Positions 1 through 8,788 of a stretch of 64,000 nt of DNA are shown here, one piece after another. Both the position numbers and the translations under genes were made by a program. Numbering within the stretch: the stretch's first letter is position 1; every line of letters starts with the position of its first letter. The notes beneath the pieces are model-generated. The model had not been told where the DNA came from. It was given only the letters and a program-made list of their open reading frames with translations, and did not search any database. Source of the DNA: Syntrophales bacterium (GTDB lineage Bacteria; Desulfobacterota; Syntrophia; Syntrophales; UBA2210); the NCBI GenBank assembly GCA_963666365.2, contig CAXXNF010000001.1:64001-128000 (forward strand), written 5' to 3'.

Positions 1-151
1 GGCTGTGGTCTCAGTCATCGATGCAGGCATCCACACGTCCGATATTGCAATGGAAAAGGCGAACGCGGTCACCACGACCGAGATGGGCAACGCGATTGCC
101 GAGAAAATTATTGATGTACAATATGAATCTCAAGAGGCGGGAAGGATTTAA
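1..151 (+). CDS. leuB: 3' end of 3-isopropylmalate dehydrogenase (isocitrate/isopropylmalate dehydrogenase family), partial
   Basis: Frame 2 reads AVVSVIDAGIHTSDIAMEKANAVTTTEMGNAIAEKI...*, the G.(R/H)T.DI...T.EMG.AI C-terminal motif; adjacent to leuCD/leuA. Confidence 0.7.
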   Translation, partial: AVVSVIDAGIHTSDIAMEKANAVTTTEMGNAIAEKIIDVQYESQEAGRI

Positions 152-154
152 GTA

Positions 155-364
155 ATGATACTACGCGGAAAGAAGAGCGGAACAACGAGACTCGAAGACA
201 TCGTCGCCATGATTCGGTTCGATGGCACGGTTCTCTGCATGAAATGCGCCGACGACAAGGATCTGGGCGGCGTCATGTCGGATGAAGATCTGATTACACG
301 GCAAAGCATCAGGGATGACGACTGCTATATCTGCGACCGCTGCGGAAAAGAAATACGGGGATAA
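155..364 (+). CDS. small putative zinc-finger protein (CxxC...CxxC)
   Basis: 69 aa with CMKC and CDRC motifs; starts 3 nt after the upstream stop. Confidence 0.6.
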   Translation: MILRGKKSGTTRLEDIVAMIRFDGTVLCMKCADDKDLGGVMSDEDLITRQSIRDDDCYICDRCGKEIRG

Positions 365-476
365 ACTATTCTATCCCCGCCCTCAGAACCGGTAAAAACG
401 CCTGTCGCTGATTGAGCTCGTCGCCGGAGCGCTCACCTCATCGATTTACCGCGACAGAGGGCTTTTTGCGAAACCG

Positions 477-974
477 TCATTGGTGCTTTTTTTTCTTTCT
501 CGTGTACTCCACCAACCCCCCTGCCCCAATCAGTTCAGCCATAAACAGAGGAATTGCATTTCCTTCAAACCGTTTGACATCGCAAACCCTTTCAATAATT
601 CCCGTTGAGAGCTCCACGCGCGCCTCATCGCCATCGGACAATTCCTTCGCGGCGTCTTGAGACTCAATGAGAGGAAGCCCGATATTGAAGGCATTGCGAT
701 AAAAAATTCGGGCAAAACTTTCGGCGATTATCAGCGCGATGCCGGCCTCCTTGATTGCAAGGGGGGCATGTTCCCTGGAGGAACCACAGCCGAAGTTGCG
801 CCCTGCAACGATAATATCACCCGAAGACACCGACTTTGCAAAGTCCGGTCTAAGATCGGCAAAGCAACTCTTGGCGAGCTCGGCCCCATCGGATACGTTG
901 AGAAATCTGGCGGGTATGATGAGATCCGTATCAATGTCGTCGCCGAATTTCCATACTTTCCCCTCTATCTTCAT
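477..974 (-). CDS. leuD: 3-isopropylmalate dehydratase small subunit
   Basis: GDDIDTDLIIPAR, NFGCGSSREHA, SFARIFYRNA motifs; start placed at MKIEG. Confidence 0.93.
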   Translation of the reverse strand: MKIEGKVWKFGDDIDTDLIIPARFLNVSDGAELAKSCFADLRPDFAKSVSSGDIIVAGRNFGCGSSREHAPLAIKEAGIALIIAESFARIFYRNAFNIGLPLIESQDAAKELSDGDEARVELSTGIIERVCDVKRFEGNAIPLFMAELIGAGGLVEYTRKKKKHQ

Positions 975-1070
975 AATGCTGTCCATCCTTTCACGTTCCA
1001 GAATGCTTCTTGTGACGTTTATTACGTGCCGCAGTGTGCGATTGAAGCCTTGCTGCACCTCAATCAACCG

Positions 1071-2330
1071 CTACAGATCATCGGGCCCCCCAATTTTACC
1101 GAGCACCGCCGAGGCCGCTGCCACAGCGGGGTTACTGAGATAAACCTCGCTTCGGGGGTGCCCCATCCTGCCAATGAAATTTCTGTTCGTTGTGGCGACG
1201 GCCCGCTCGCCCTCGGCAAGGATGCCCATATGGCCGCCCAGGCAGGGGCCGCAGCAGGGAGGTCCGATGACGGCGCCTGCATCGAGCAGCGTCTCTACAA
1301 TGCCTTCCTGAATGGCCTGCTTATAGATGAGAGGAGATCCGGGTATTACAATGAGCCGCAGTCCCTTCGCGGCACGGCGTCCCTTCAGAATGGCAGCGGC
1401 ATCCCTTAAATCCTCCAGTGATCCGTTGGTGCAGGAACCGATAAAGGCCTGATCGATCTCTACCGTGCCGACCTGCGACAGTTCACGCACATTGGCGGGA
1501 GAATGGGGAAATGCTACCTGAGGCGCCACAGCGGTTGCATCTATTTCAATGACCCGTTCATAGCGCGCGTCGGGATCGCTTTTAAGTACTGCCGGCGTTA
1601 CCGGCATTTTTGCCTTGAGGAATGAGAATGTTGCCTCATCGGGTTCGAATATGCCGTTCTTTCCGCCTGCTTCTATTGCCATGTTGGCCATCGTCAGACG
1701 GTGGGACATCGTAAGGCCGCTGACCGTGTCGCCCGTAAATTCGAGCGCCGAATAAAGGGCGCCCTCCACGCCGATCATGCCGATCAGATAGAGAATCAAA
1801 TCCTTCCCCCCCACATAGGGCCTGCGGGTTCCCTTGATTATGATCCTGATCGTGGGCGGAACTTTGAGCCATATCTCACCCGTTGCCATAGTGACCCCGA
1901 GGTCGGTACTTCCCACACCGGTAGAAAAAGCGCCAAGGGCCCCGTAAGTGCATGTATGGCTATCGGCGCCGATAATTACCTCGCCCGGAAGGACCAGTCC
2001 CTTTTCGGGGAGAATTACGTGTTCAATTCCCGATTCGCCTCCCTCATAATAATGGGTGATATTCTGCTCACGGGCAAAATCGCGCATCAATTTCACCTGT
2101 TGGGCGGACGCGATATCTTTGTTCGGCACAAAGTGATCGGCCACCAGTGTAACCCTGTCCCTGTCAAACACCCCCTTTACACCGGTTTCCCTGAATACCT
2201 TAATTGCAATCGGCGCCGTTATGTCGTTGGCAAGCGTTCTGTCCACCTTGACCTCTATCAGATCTCCCGGGGCAACCGCATCCAGCCCCGCGTGCCTTGC
2301 CAGGATCTTTTCCGTCATTGTCATCGGCAT
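1071..2330 (-). CDS. leuC: 3-isopropylmalate dehydratase large subunit
   Basis: GADSHTCTYGA, IGSCTNG, CGPCLGGH aconitase-family Fe-S motifs; GGAG RBS before MPMTMTEKIL. Confidence 0.95.
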   Translation of the reverse strand: MPMTMTEKILARHAGLDAVAPGDLIEVKVDRTLANDITAPIAIKVFRETGVKGVFDRDRVTLVADHFVPNKDIASAQQVKLMRDFAREQNITHYYEGGESGIEHVILPEKGLVLPGEVIIGADSHTCTYGALGAFSTGVGSTDLGVTMATGEIWLKVPPTIRIIIKGTRRPYVGGKDLILYLIGMIGVEGALYSALEFTGDTVSGLTMSHRLTMANMAIEAGGKNGIFEPDEATFSFLKAKMPVTPAVLKSDPDARYERVIEIDATAVAPQVAFPHSPANVRELSQVGTVEIDQAFIGSCTNGSLEDLRDAAAILKGRRAAKGLRLIVIPGSPLIYKQAIQEGIVETLLDAGAVIGPPCCGPCLGGHMGILAEGERAVATTNRNFIGRMGHPRSEVYLSNPAVAAASAVLGKIGGPDDL

Positions 2331-2488
2331 AGTATCAGTCTCCACAGTTTATTTCTCACCAGCGCGTATAGTATATGTTTTCACGCTTGTAAATCAAATA
2401 GTAATTACTTGAAGGATTTGCGCATACCTTTCCTTTTTCCGGGGATATTATGCATATGCAAAAACATCGAACGTCGGAAACTTCGCTG

Positions 2489-4045
2489 TCAGACAGATGG
2501 TTCTTCCGGACGTCTCCGTTCCAGGTTTTTCATCGACTCCAGACGGTTGAGCGCATTAATGTATGCCTTTGCGGTTGCGACCAGCACATCGGGATCCGAC
2601 CCTCTTCCACTTACGGTATAGCCGTTAAAACCGATCTGCACGGTGACCACGCCCTGAGCGTCGGTTCCTCCGGTAATGGCATTCACGGCATATTTAACGA
2701 GTGAGTGCTTTGTTTTCGTAATTTTCTTTATTGCGGCAAAGGTGGCATCCACCGGTCCGACGCCAAACTCCGCATCCTGCAGCACCTTTCCCGCCACCTC
2801 CATACGGACCGCTGCCGTCGGGATGGCCGCATTGCCGCTGACCACATTGAGATAGAGCAGTTTGTACTTGTCCGGCTCCCTGAAAATAATATCGGAAATG
2901 ATTTCCTCCAGATCCTCGTCGAATACCTCCTTCTTGATATCAGCCACTTCCTTGAAACGGCTGAACACCTTGTCCACCTCCTCACCGGTCAGATTAAACC
3001 CAAGCTTTTTCAGGTGTTCCTTTATGGCATGTCGTCCCGAATGTTTTCCCAGAACGATATTGGTTTCCGTCACACCGACGCTTTCCGGCGTCATAATCTC
3101 GTAGGTAATCTTCTCCTTGATTAAACCGTCCTGATGTATGCCCGATTCATGAGAAAAGGCGTTTGTTCCCACGATAGCCTTGTTCGGCTGTACGGGCACG
3201 CCGGTAATATCCTGAAGCAGCCGCGAGGTACGGTACAGGTTCTTCGTCTTTATGTTGGTATGAAATCCCAGAATGTCTTTTCTGGTTTCCAGGGCCATGA
3301 CCACTTCCTCCAGTGAACAGTTCCCCGCTCTTTCACCGATACCATTGATCGCACACTCTATCTGTCGCGCACCCTGCTTTACCGCCGCGATACTGTTTGC
3401 CACGGCGACACCCAGATCGTTGTGGCAATGAATCGATATGACGGCGTCGTGTATGTTGGACACATGGGCAAAGAGATAGGCAACCAGTTCACCCAGTTCA
3501 TCGGGCATAGCATACCCCACAGTATCGGGAATGTTTACTGTCGCCGCGCCCGCCGCAATGACTGCGCCCACCATTTCGCAGAGGTAGTCCCTGTCGGTCC
3601 TTGTGGCATCCATTGGGGAAAACTCCACATTGTCCGTATGCCCTTTCGCATGTTCCACCGCACGTACCGCCTCTTTCAGAACCTGATCTCTCGTTTTTTT
3701 CAGCTGGTACTTCAGGTGAATGTCCGATGACGATATAAAGGTATGGATGCGAGGGTGGGCGGCCTCCTTGACCGCGTTCCAGGCCCGGTCGATATCTTTG
3801 AGATCGGCCCGTGCAAGAGCCGCGATCTGGGGTCTTCTAATCTGCCGGGCTATTTCCCGCACTGCCGTAAAATCTCCCTCAGATGCAACCGGAAATCCGG
3901 CTTCAATGATATCGACGCCCAGCTTTTCCAACTGACGGGCAAAACGGAGTTTCTCCTGCAGGTTCATGCTGAATCCGGGCGATTGCTCTCCGTCTCTTAA
4001 GGTCGTATCAAAAATAAATACCCTGTTGTTTTTCGCTGACATCAT
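2489..4045 (-). CDS. leuA: 2-isopropylmalate synthase
   Basis: DTTLRDGEQSPG, HCHNDLG, HESGIHQDG and a C-terminal regulatory domain. Confidence 0.95.
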   Translation of the reverse strand: MMSAKNNRVFIFDTTLRDGEQSPGFSMNLQEKLRFARQLEKLGVDIIEAGFPVASEGDFTAVREIARQIRRPQIAALARADLKDIDRAWNAVKEAAHPRIHTFISSSDIHLKYQLKKTRDQVLKEAVRAVEHAKGHTDNVEFSPMDATRTDRDYLCEMVGAVIAAGAATVNIPDTVGYAMPDELGELVAYLFAHVSNIHDAVISIHCHNDLGVAVANSIAAVKQGARQIECAINGIGERAGNCSLEEVVMALETRKDILGFHTNIKTKNLYRTSRLLQDITGVPVQPNKAIVGTNAFSHESGIHQDGLIKEKITYEIMTPESVGVTETNIVLGKHSGRHAIKEHLKKLGFNLTGEEVDKVFSRFKEVADIKKEVFDEDLEEIISDIIFREPDKYKLLYLNVVSGNAAIPTAAVRMEVAGKVLQDAEFGVGPVDATFAAIKKITKTKHSLVKYAVNAITGGTDAQGVVTVQIGFNGYTVSGRGSDPDVLVATAKAYINALNRLESMKNLERRRPEEPSV

Positions 4046-4088
4046 TTTATCCTCCTTATTTCACAAAATATTTCTTTGAAATTGCCAT

Positions 4089-4123
4089 AAAAAAAGGCCA
4101 TGAGCGTGATGCCCATGGCCTTT
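4089..4123 (-). terminator. intrinsic terminator of the leuA attenuator
   Basis: Minus strand GGCCATGGGC-ATCAC-GCTCATGGCC followed by 7 T, about 45 nt upstream of the leuA start. Confidence 0.85.
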
Positions 4124-4146
4124 GAAGTCTCTTTTTCTATATCAGA

Positions 4147-4263
4147 TCATTCTCTCCATAAAGGGGCGGGCAGCACGCGGGAGATGTGCCTAAGGGTAAG
4201 AGCGAGGCTAAGACCCAGCAGAACTATCGCGTATAAAGAAATCAACTGCCCCAAAATAGTCAC
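4147..4263 (-). CDS. Leu-rich attenuator leader peptide (38 aa)
   Basis: GTG start after AAGGATAGGA; MTILGQLISLYAIVLLGLSLALTLRHISRVLPAPLWRE*, 11 Leu; followed by a terminator. Confidence 0.75.
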   Translation of the reverse strand: MTILGQLISLYAIVLLGLSLALTLRHISRVLPAPLWRE

Positions 4264-4330
4264 AATTCCTATCCTTCGAAAAAATTAAAGCGTATGCTAA
4301 CCTAATATTTCGGTTCTGTCAAATGTTTTT

Positions 4331-4371
4331 TGGTCTAGCTGGTCTATCTGGTCTATTTGGTCTGTTTGGTC
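4331..4371. repeat. 9-bp tandem repeat (TGGTCTATN-like) x5
   Basis: TGGTC recurs at 4331, 4340, 4349, 4358 and 4367. Confidence 0.85.
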
Positions 4372-5965
4372 ACGTCGACACCGGTTTTGGCCCGCCGTTC
4401 TTACACAGCTTGTACTGCAGGCTGTCAATCAATGCCTGCCAGCTGGCCTCAATAATGTTTGCCGACACGCCGATGGTCGTCCAGATTTCTTCTTCATCCC
4501 TTGATTCCAGCAAAACTCTCACCTTGGCAGCCGTACCGTCGCTTCCTTCGAGAATTCGCACTTTGAAGTCCACCAGATGCATCTCATTCAACTGGGGATA
4601 AAACTTTCTCAAGGCCTTTCTCAACGCGTTGTCGAGAGCATTTACGGGACCGATACCTTCAGCCGCGGTGATTTCAGTCTCTTTACCCACCGATATCTTG
4701 ATCGTCGCCTGTGAAGCGGAGGCGCTTTTTTTGTTTTTCTCATCGATCACTCTGAATGATTCAAGCGTAAAGGGCTCGACAAATTCCCCAATGGCCTTCT
4801 TTATCAGCAGGGCCAGTGATCCGTCGGCGGCATCGAACTGATACCCCTCGTCTTCCATTTTCTTGATGGCACTTACAATCTTTCTGCTGACTCCATTCGT
4901 CCCATCAAGCGATATTCCCAGTTCCTGAGCCTTGTACTCTATATTACTTTTACCGGCCAGATCCGATACAATCACCCTTCGATGGTTTCCCACCAACTCC
5001 GGATCGGCATGCTCATAGGCGACGGGATTTTTCAGGATGGCGCTCACATGCACCCCCCCTTTATGTGCAAAAGCGCTCTTGCCTACATAAGGGCGGGAAT
5101 TCACAGGCGGCACATTGGCCACATCGCTCACGTAACGGGACAGAGTCGTCAGGTGGCTGATCGACGACGGGGGGAGTGAATTCCGTTTCATTTTGATGGC
5201 CAGGTTTCCTGCAATCGTGATCAAATCCGCGTTTCCACAACGCTCGCCGTAGCCGTTCACCGTGCCCTGAACCATCCGGACCCCTGCATGCACAGCGGCA
5301 ATCGAATTTGCAACAGCAATTCCGCAGTCGTTGTGTGCATGGATGCCGAGTTCACCGGGCGGTATGATTTTTTTCACATCCTCGATAATGTCCAACAGCT
5401 CCCAGGTAAGGGTTCCGCCGTTCGTATCGCAGAGGACCACCATGTCGGCGCCGGCCGCCCGTGCTCTTGTGATTGTGGTAAGGGCATATTCCCTGTTGTG
5501 TTTGTATCCATCAAAGAAATGCTCCGCATCATAAATGACTTCTTTTCCGCGCGCCTTCAAGTAGGCAACCGTATCTTCGATCATGCTGAGATTTTCCTCA
5601 AGCGATACGCTGAGGATCTCAATTGCATGAAGATCCCAGCTCTTACCGAAAACAGTTACAACCGGCGTACAGGCATCGACAAGGGCCTGTACGTTGGGAC
5701 ACTCCTCCGGACGAATCCCCTGCTTCCGGGTGCTTCCAAAGGCGGCAAGGCGTATGTGGTTGAATTTTTCTTTTTTGGCCAGTTTAAAAAACCGCATATC
5801 CTTCGGATTTGATCCCGGCCATCCGCCCTCCACATAATGAAAGGACGCCTCATCCAGCCGCCGCGCGATGGCAAGTTTCTCTTCCACGGAAAACCCTACC
5901 TGTTCACCCTGGGCACCGTCTCTTAATGTGGTATCATAAATAAGCACGTCTGTTGTATCCATCAC
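4370..5965 (-). CDS. cimA: citramalate synthase
   Basis: YDTTLRDGAQ, EGGWPGSNPKD, FGKSWDLH, DAEHFFDG, HKGGVHVSA motifs typical of CimA. Confidence 0.92.
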   Translation of the reverse strand: MMDTTDVLIYDTTLRDGAQGEQVGFSVEEKLAIARRLDEASFHYVEGGWPGSNPKDMRFFKLAKKEKFNHIRLAAFGSTRKQGIRPEECPNVQALVDACTPVVTVFGKSWDLHAIEILSVSLEENLSMIEDTVAYLKARGKEVIYDAEHFFDGYKHNREYALTTITRARAAGADMVVLCDTNGGTLTWELLDIIEDVKKIIPPGELGIHAHNDCGIAVANSIAAVHAGVRMVQGTVNGYGERCGNADLITIAGNLAIKMKRNSLPPSSISHLTTLSRYVSDVANVPPVNSRPYVGKSAFAHKGGVHVSAILKNPVAYEHADPELVGNHRRVIVSDLAGKSNIEYKAQELGISLDGTNGVSRKIVSAIKKMEDEGYQFDAADGSLALLIKKAIGEFVEPFTLESFRVIDEKNKKSASASQATIKISVGKETEITAAEGIGPVNALDNALRKALRKFYPQLNEMHLVDFKVRILEGSDGTAAKVRVLLESRDEEEIWTTIGVSANIIEASWQALIDSLQYKLCKNGGPKPVST

Positions 5966-5979
5966 CGTTATTCTCCCAT

Positions 5980-6017
5980 AAAAAAACCCGCTGCCAGCGA
6001 CGCTGATAACGGGTTTT
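5980..6017 (-). terminator. intrinsic terminator of the cimA attenuator
   Basis: Minus strand AAAACCCGTTATCAGC-GTC-GCTGGCAGCGGG followed by a T7 run, just upstream of the cimA RBS. Confidence 0.85.
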
Positions 6018-6053
6018 GTATTTTTCTCATTCAGAAAGAATCTTATACCATCA

Positions 6054-6125
6054 TCAGGTCGGGCGTCTACATGCCTCCCTAATTATGCCACTAATTATAA
6101 TGATGGTTATAAGAATTCTCATCAT
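6054..6125 (-). CDS. Ile-rich attenuator leader peptide (23 aa)
   Basis: MMRILITIIIISGIIREACRRPT*; 8 Ile, three of them ATA codons. Confidence 0.85.
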   Translation of the reverse strand: MMRILITIIIISGIIREACRRPT

Positions 6126-6231
6126 ATGGATGTAACTGCTTCTTTCCTGTAGTGTAATTTTGCATTTATAGCCTTGAACCACTTTCTTGTCAATGAGAAA
6201 AATGCGTTTATCCCACAGTTCCTGAAAAAAT

Positions 6232-7026
6232 CTAAAGATAGGAACGGCCGCCTATATAGCAGCTGTGGTAAAATCCCTGTAACAGTTCATCAACACGGAC
6301 GTGCTTTCCCGTTCTCGGTGCATGGATAAAATAGCCATCGCCGGCATAAATGCCGACATGCGATACATTGCCGCTCCCTTTCGTATCGAAGAACACCAGA
6401 TCCCCTTCCGCAAGACTGTCAAAATCAACGGCCTCACCACACTCATACTGGCGCCATGATGTCCGGGGAAGACGCAGGCCATTAAGCCGGTACACCGACA
6501 TGGCCAACCCGCTGCAATCGAACCCTTCATCTTCCGAGGCAGCACCCCATTTATAAGGAATACCGAGAAAGCTCCTTGCTGTTTTAACCAGTTCCTGACG
6601 GACATACCTTTCTCCATAGGTTCCTCGCCGGGCCAGAGAAAGCTCGTCGGGACGGACGATGTAGAACTCTTCAATAATATGCGCATCCTTGAGCTCCTGC
6701 GCTTTGACGCGTGCGATCTCCTGAGTGGCAAAATCTCCAAATCTGACCTTGTAAAGACCGCTTTTATACACGAAATAGTACGCATCGAGGCCGTAACCGT
6801 TCAAACAATCGGTGAGACTGCTCGCATTGTCCACGTTCGAAAAGGCTCCTGCCTGGATGGTATACCCAATCGGTGCCGGCAGTTCCTTTTTTATAATCTC
6901 AAGTCTTTTGCTCGGCGCTGCCGGTCTGTAGACAGCGCATGAGGCAACAAACAGGAGTGACGCGATACATAACACTACCTTTGTGGCGACACCGCAAATC
7001 GGCTTCTTTCCGTCGTGAGAGATCAT
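6232..7026 (-). CDS. NlpC/P60 peptidoglycan endopeptidase with SPOR domain, lipoprotein
   Basis: Lipobox VASC; YTIQAGAF SPOR motif; GFDCSGL and HVGIYAG...FIHAP catalytic motifs; start uncertain. Confidence 0.88.
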   Translation of the reverse strand: MISHDGKKPICGVATKVVLCIASLLFVASCAVYRPAAPSKRLEIIKKELPAPIGYTIQAGAFSNVDNASSLTDCLNGYGLDAYYFVYKSGLYKVRFGDFATQEIARVKAQELKDAHIIEEFYIVRPDELSLARRGTYGERYVRQELVKTARSFLGIPYKWGAASEDEGFDCSGLAMSVYRLNGLRLPRTSWRQYECGEAVDFDSLAEGDLVFFDTKGSGNVSHVGIYAGDGYFIHAPRTGKHVRVDELLQGFYHSCYIGGRSYL

Positions 7027-7230
7027 AGAGGTCCTTTTCCAAGGCGGATATCTTTTTTGATACTTTACAGCCAATACACCATGAGTTCAAGTTTTTGCTC
7101 TCACCCCCCTTTGTGCCCCAGACTCAGGGAATGCCTCGCATAAAATTGCAAAGTGGAGTACAAGGAATGTTCTATTCGAGGACGCGGGATTTTGCCTCCC
7201 CGAATAAAGACAAGAGGAGATAGACCGACT

Positions 7231-8670
7231 ATGCAGGGCATTTCCCGGCGTATTGCCGATCGATGGCGCCGGAAAGGAGGATATCGAGAGCTCCTGACCA
7301 TTGCTATTCCTCTGATTGCCAGCACTTCGACTTGGTCTATTCAACATTTCATAGATCGCATGTTTCTGACCTGGCATTCTCCGGCTGCCATTGCCGCCTC
7401 AATGCCGGCAGGCATGCTGTCTTTTACGATCACCTGCATTTTTATTGGCACCGCAAGCTATGCAGGAACATTCATCGCGCAATATTACGGAGCGGGACAG
7501 TACGAGAGATGCGGGCACTCTCTCTGGCAGGGCATATATGTGGGCCTTATCGGGGGATCGATACAGATTCTTCTTATTCCCTTTGCCGGCCAGATATTCA
7601 ATCTGATCGGACATGCGCAGGAAGTCCGGGAGGCTGAACACACTTATTTTGTTATTCTCAGCTTCGGTGCACCTTTCGTCATTGTTTCATCGGCCATCGC
7701 CAGTCTCTTTTCGGGTCTGGGACGTACCTGGCCCGTACTATGGGTAAACGTTATCGCCATGATGGTCAACCTGTTCATGGACTGGGCTTTAATATTCGGG
7801 AACTGGGGATTCCCTGCAATGGGCATTGCCGGCGCCGGAATCGCCACGGTTCTGGGATTTATTGCCGCCACGGCAGCGTATTTATTTCTCATCCTTCGCC
7901 CCGGCTATGCCGAAAAATACGCCACAATCAGAGGCTGGCGCTTCGAATGGACGCTATTCAAAAGGCTTATCAGGTTCGGTGTTCCGAGCGGAGTGCAGTT
8001 TTTCATAGATATAGCCGGTTTTACGGTCTTCGTCCTTCTAATCGGCCGTCTGGGAACTGTATCGCTCGCAGCCACCAATATCGCCTTCAATATAAGCACC
8101 CTGGCCTTCATGCCTATGATCGGCCTAGGCATCGCAACCTCCATGCTCACAGGTCAGAGACTGGGAGAACAAAAGCCTGAACTGGCGGAAAGATCCGCCT
8201 ATTCGGCCTTTCACCTTGCCTTTCTCTATATGGGACTCATCGCATCACTCTTCATGTTCTTTCCCGATTGCTTTATCGCTGCCTTTTCACACCATTCCGA
8301 ACCAGAAAGTTTTATTGCCATTCGAACCCTTACGGTAACCCTTCTTCGATTCGTCGCACTCTACTGCCTCTTTGATGCAGTAGGCATTATCTTCGCCTCG
8401 GCCGTGAAGGGCGCAGGCGATACACGCTTTGTCATGACCATGATGCTTGTCCTGTCAGCGGTACTTCTTGTAATCCCCAGTTATCTGGCAATCGTGCATT
8501 TTTCGCTGGGCATCTACATCGCATGGACCTTCGCAACGATATATGTGATAATTCTCAGCATCGCCTTTTACCTGCGATTCGCAGGGGGCAAATGGAAATC
8601 GATGCGCGTCATAGAAGAGGTTGCCACGGTTGTTCCTCCCACATTTCCGGAGTCACCGGTGACCGAATAG
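7231..8670 (+). CDS. MATE family efflux transporter
   Basis: About 12 TM segments; GIAGAGIAT, GAGDT and C-terminal RFAGGKWK motifs; GAGGAG RBS. Confidence 0.9.
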   Translation: MQGISRRIADRWRRKGGYRELLTIAIPLIASTSTWSIQHFIDRMFLTWHSPAAIAASMPAGMLSFTITCIFIGTASYAGTFIAQYYGAGQYERCGHSLWQGIYVGLIGGSIQILLIPFAGQIFNLIGHAQEVREAEHTYFVILSFGAPFVIVSSAIASLFSGLGRTWPVLWVNVIAMMVNLFMDWALIFGNWGFPAMGIAGAGIATVLGFIAATAAYLFLILRPGYAEKYATIRGWRFEWTLFKRLIRFGVPSGVQFFIDIAGFTVFVLLIGRLGTVSLAATNIAFNISTLAFMPMIGLGIATSMLTGQRLGEQKPELAERSAYSAFHLAFLYMGLIASLFMFFPDCFIAAFSHHSEPESFIAIRTLTVTLLRFVALYCLFDAVGIIFASAVKGAGDTRFVMTMMLVLSAVLLVIPSYLAIVHFSLGIYIAWTFATIYVIILSIAFYLRFAGGKWKSMRVIEEVATVVPPTFPESPVTE

Positions 8671-8788
8671 CGCAGACGCGTAAAAAGTTATCCTTGAACT
8701 TAGAAACCCAAACATTTATGGTATACCCCATTCGGAAGGATCAGCAGCGGCAGTACTTGCAACATACATCCAAAATAGGAGACAGTGC

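Noticed and set aside
657..2621. Long plus-strand ORFs (250 and 306 aa)
   Set aside because: Antisense shadows of leuD/leuC with no recognisable motifs.
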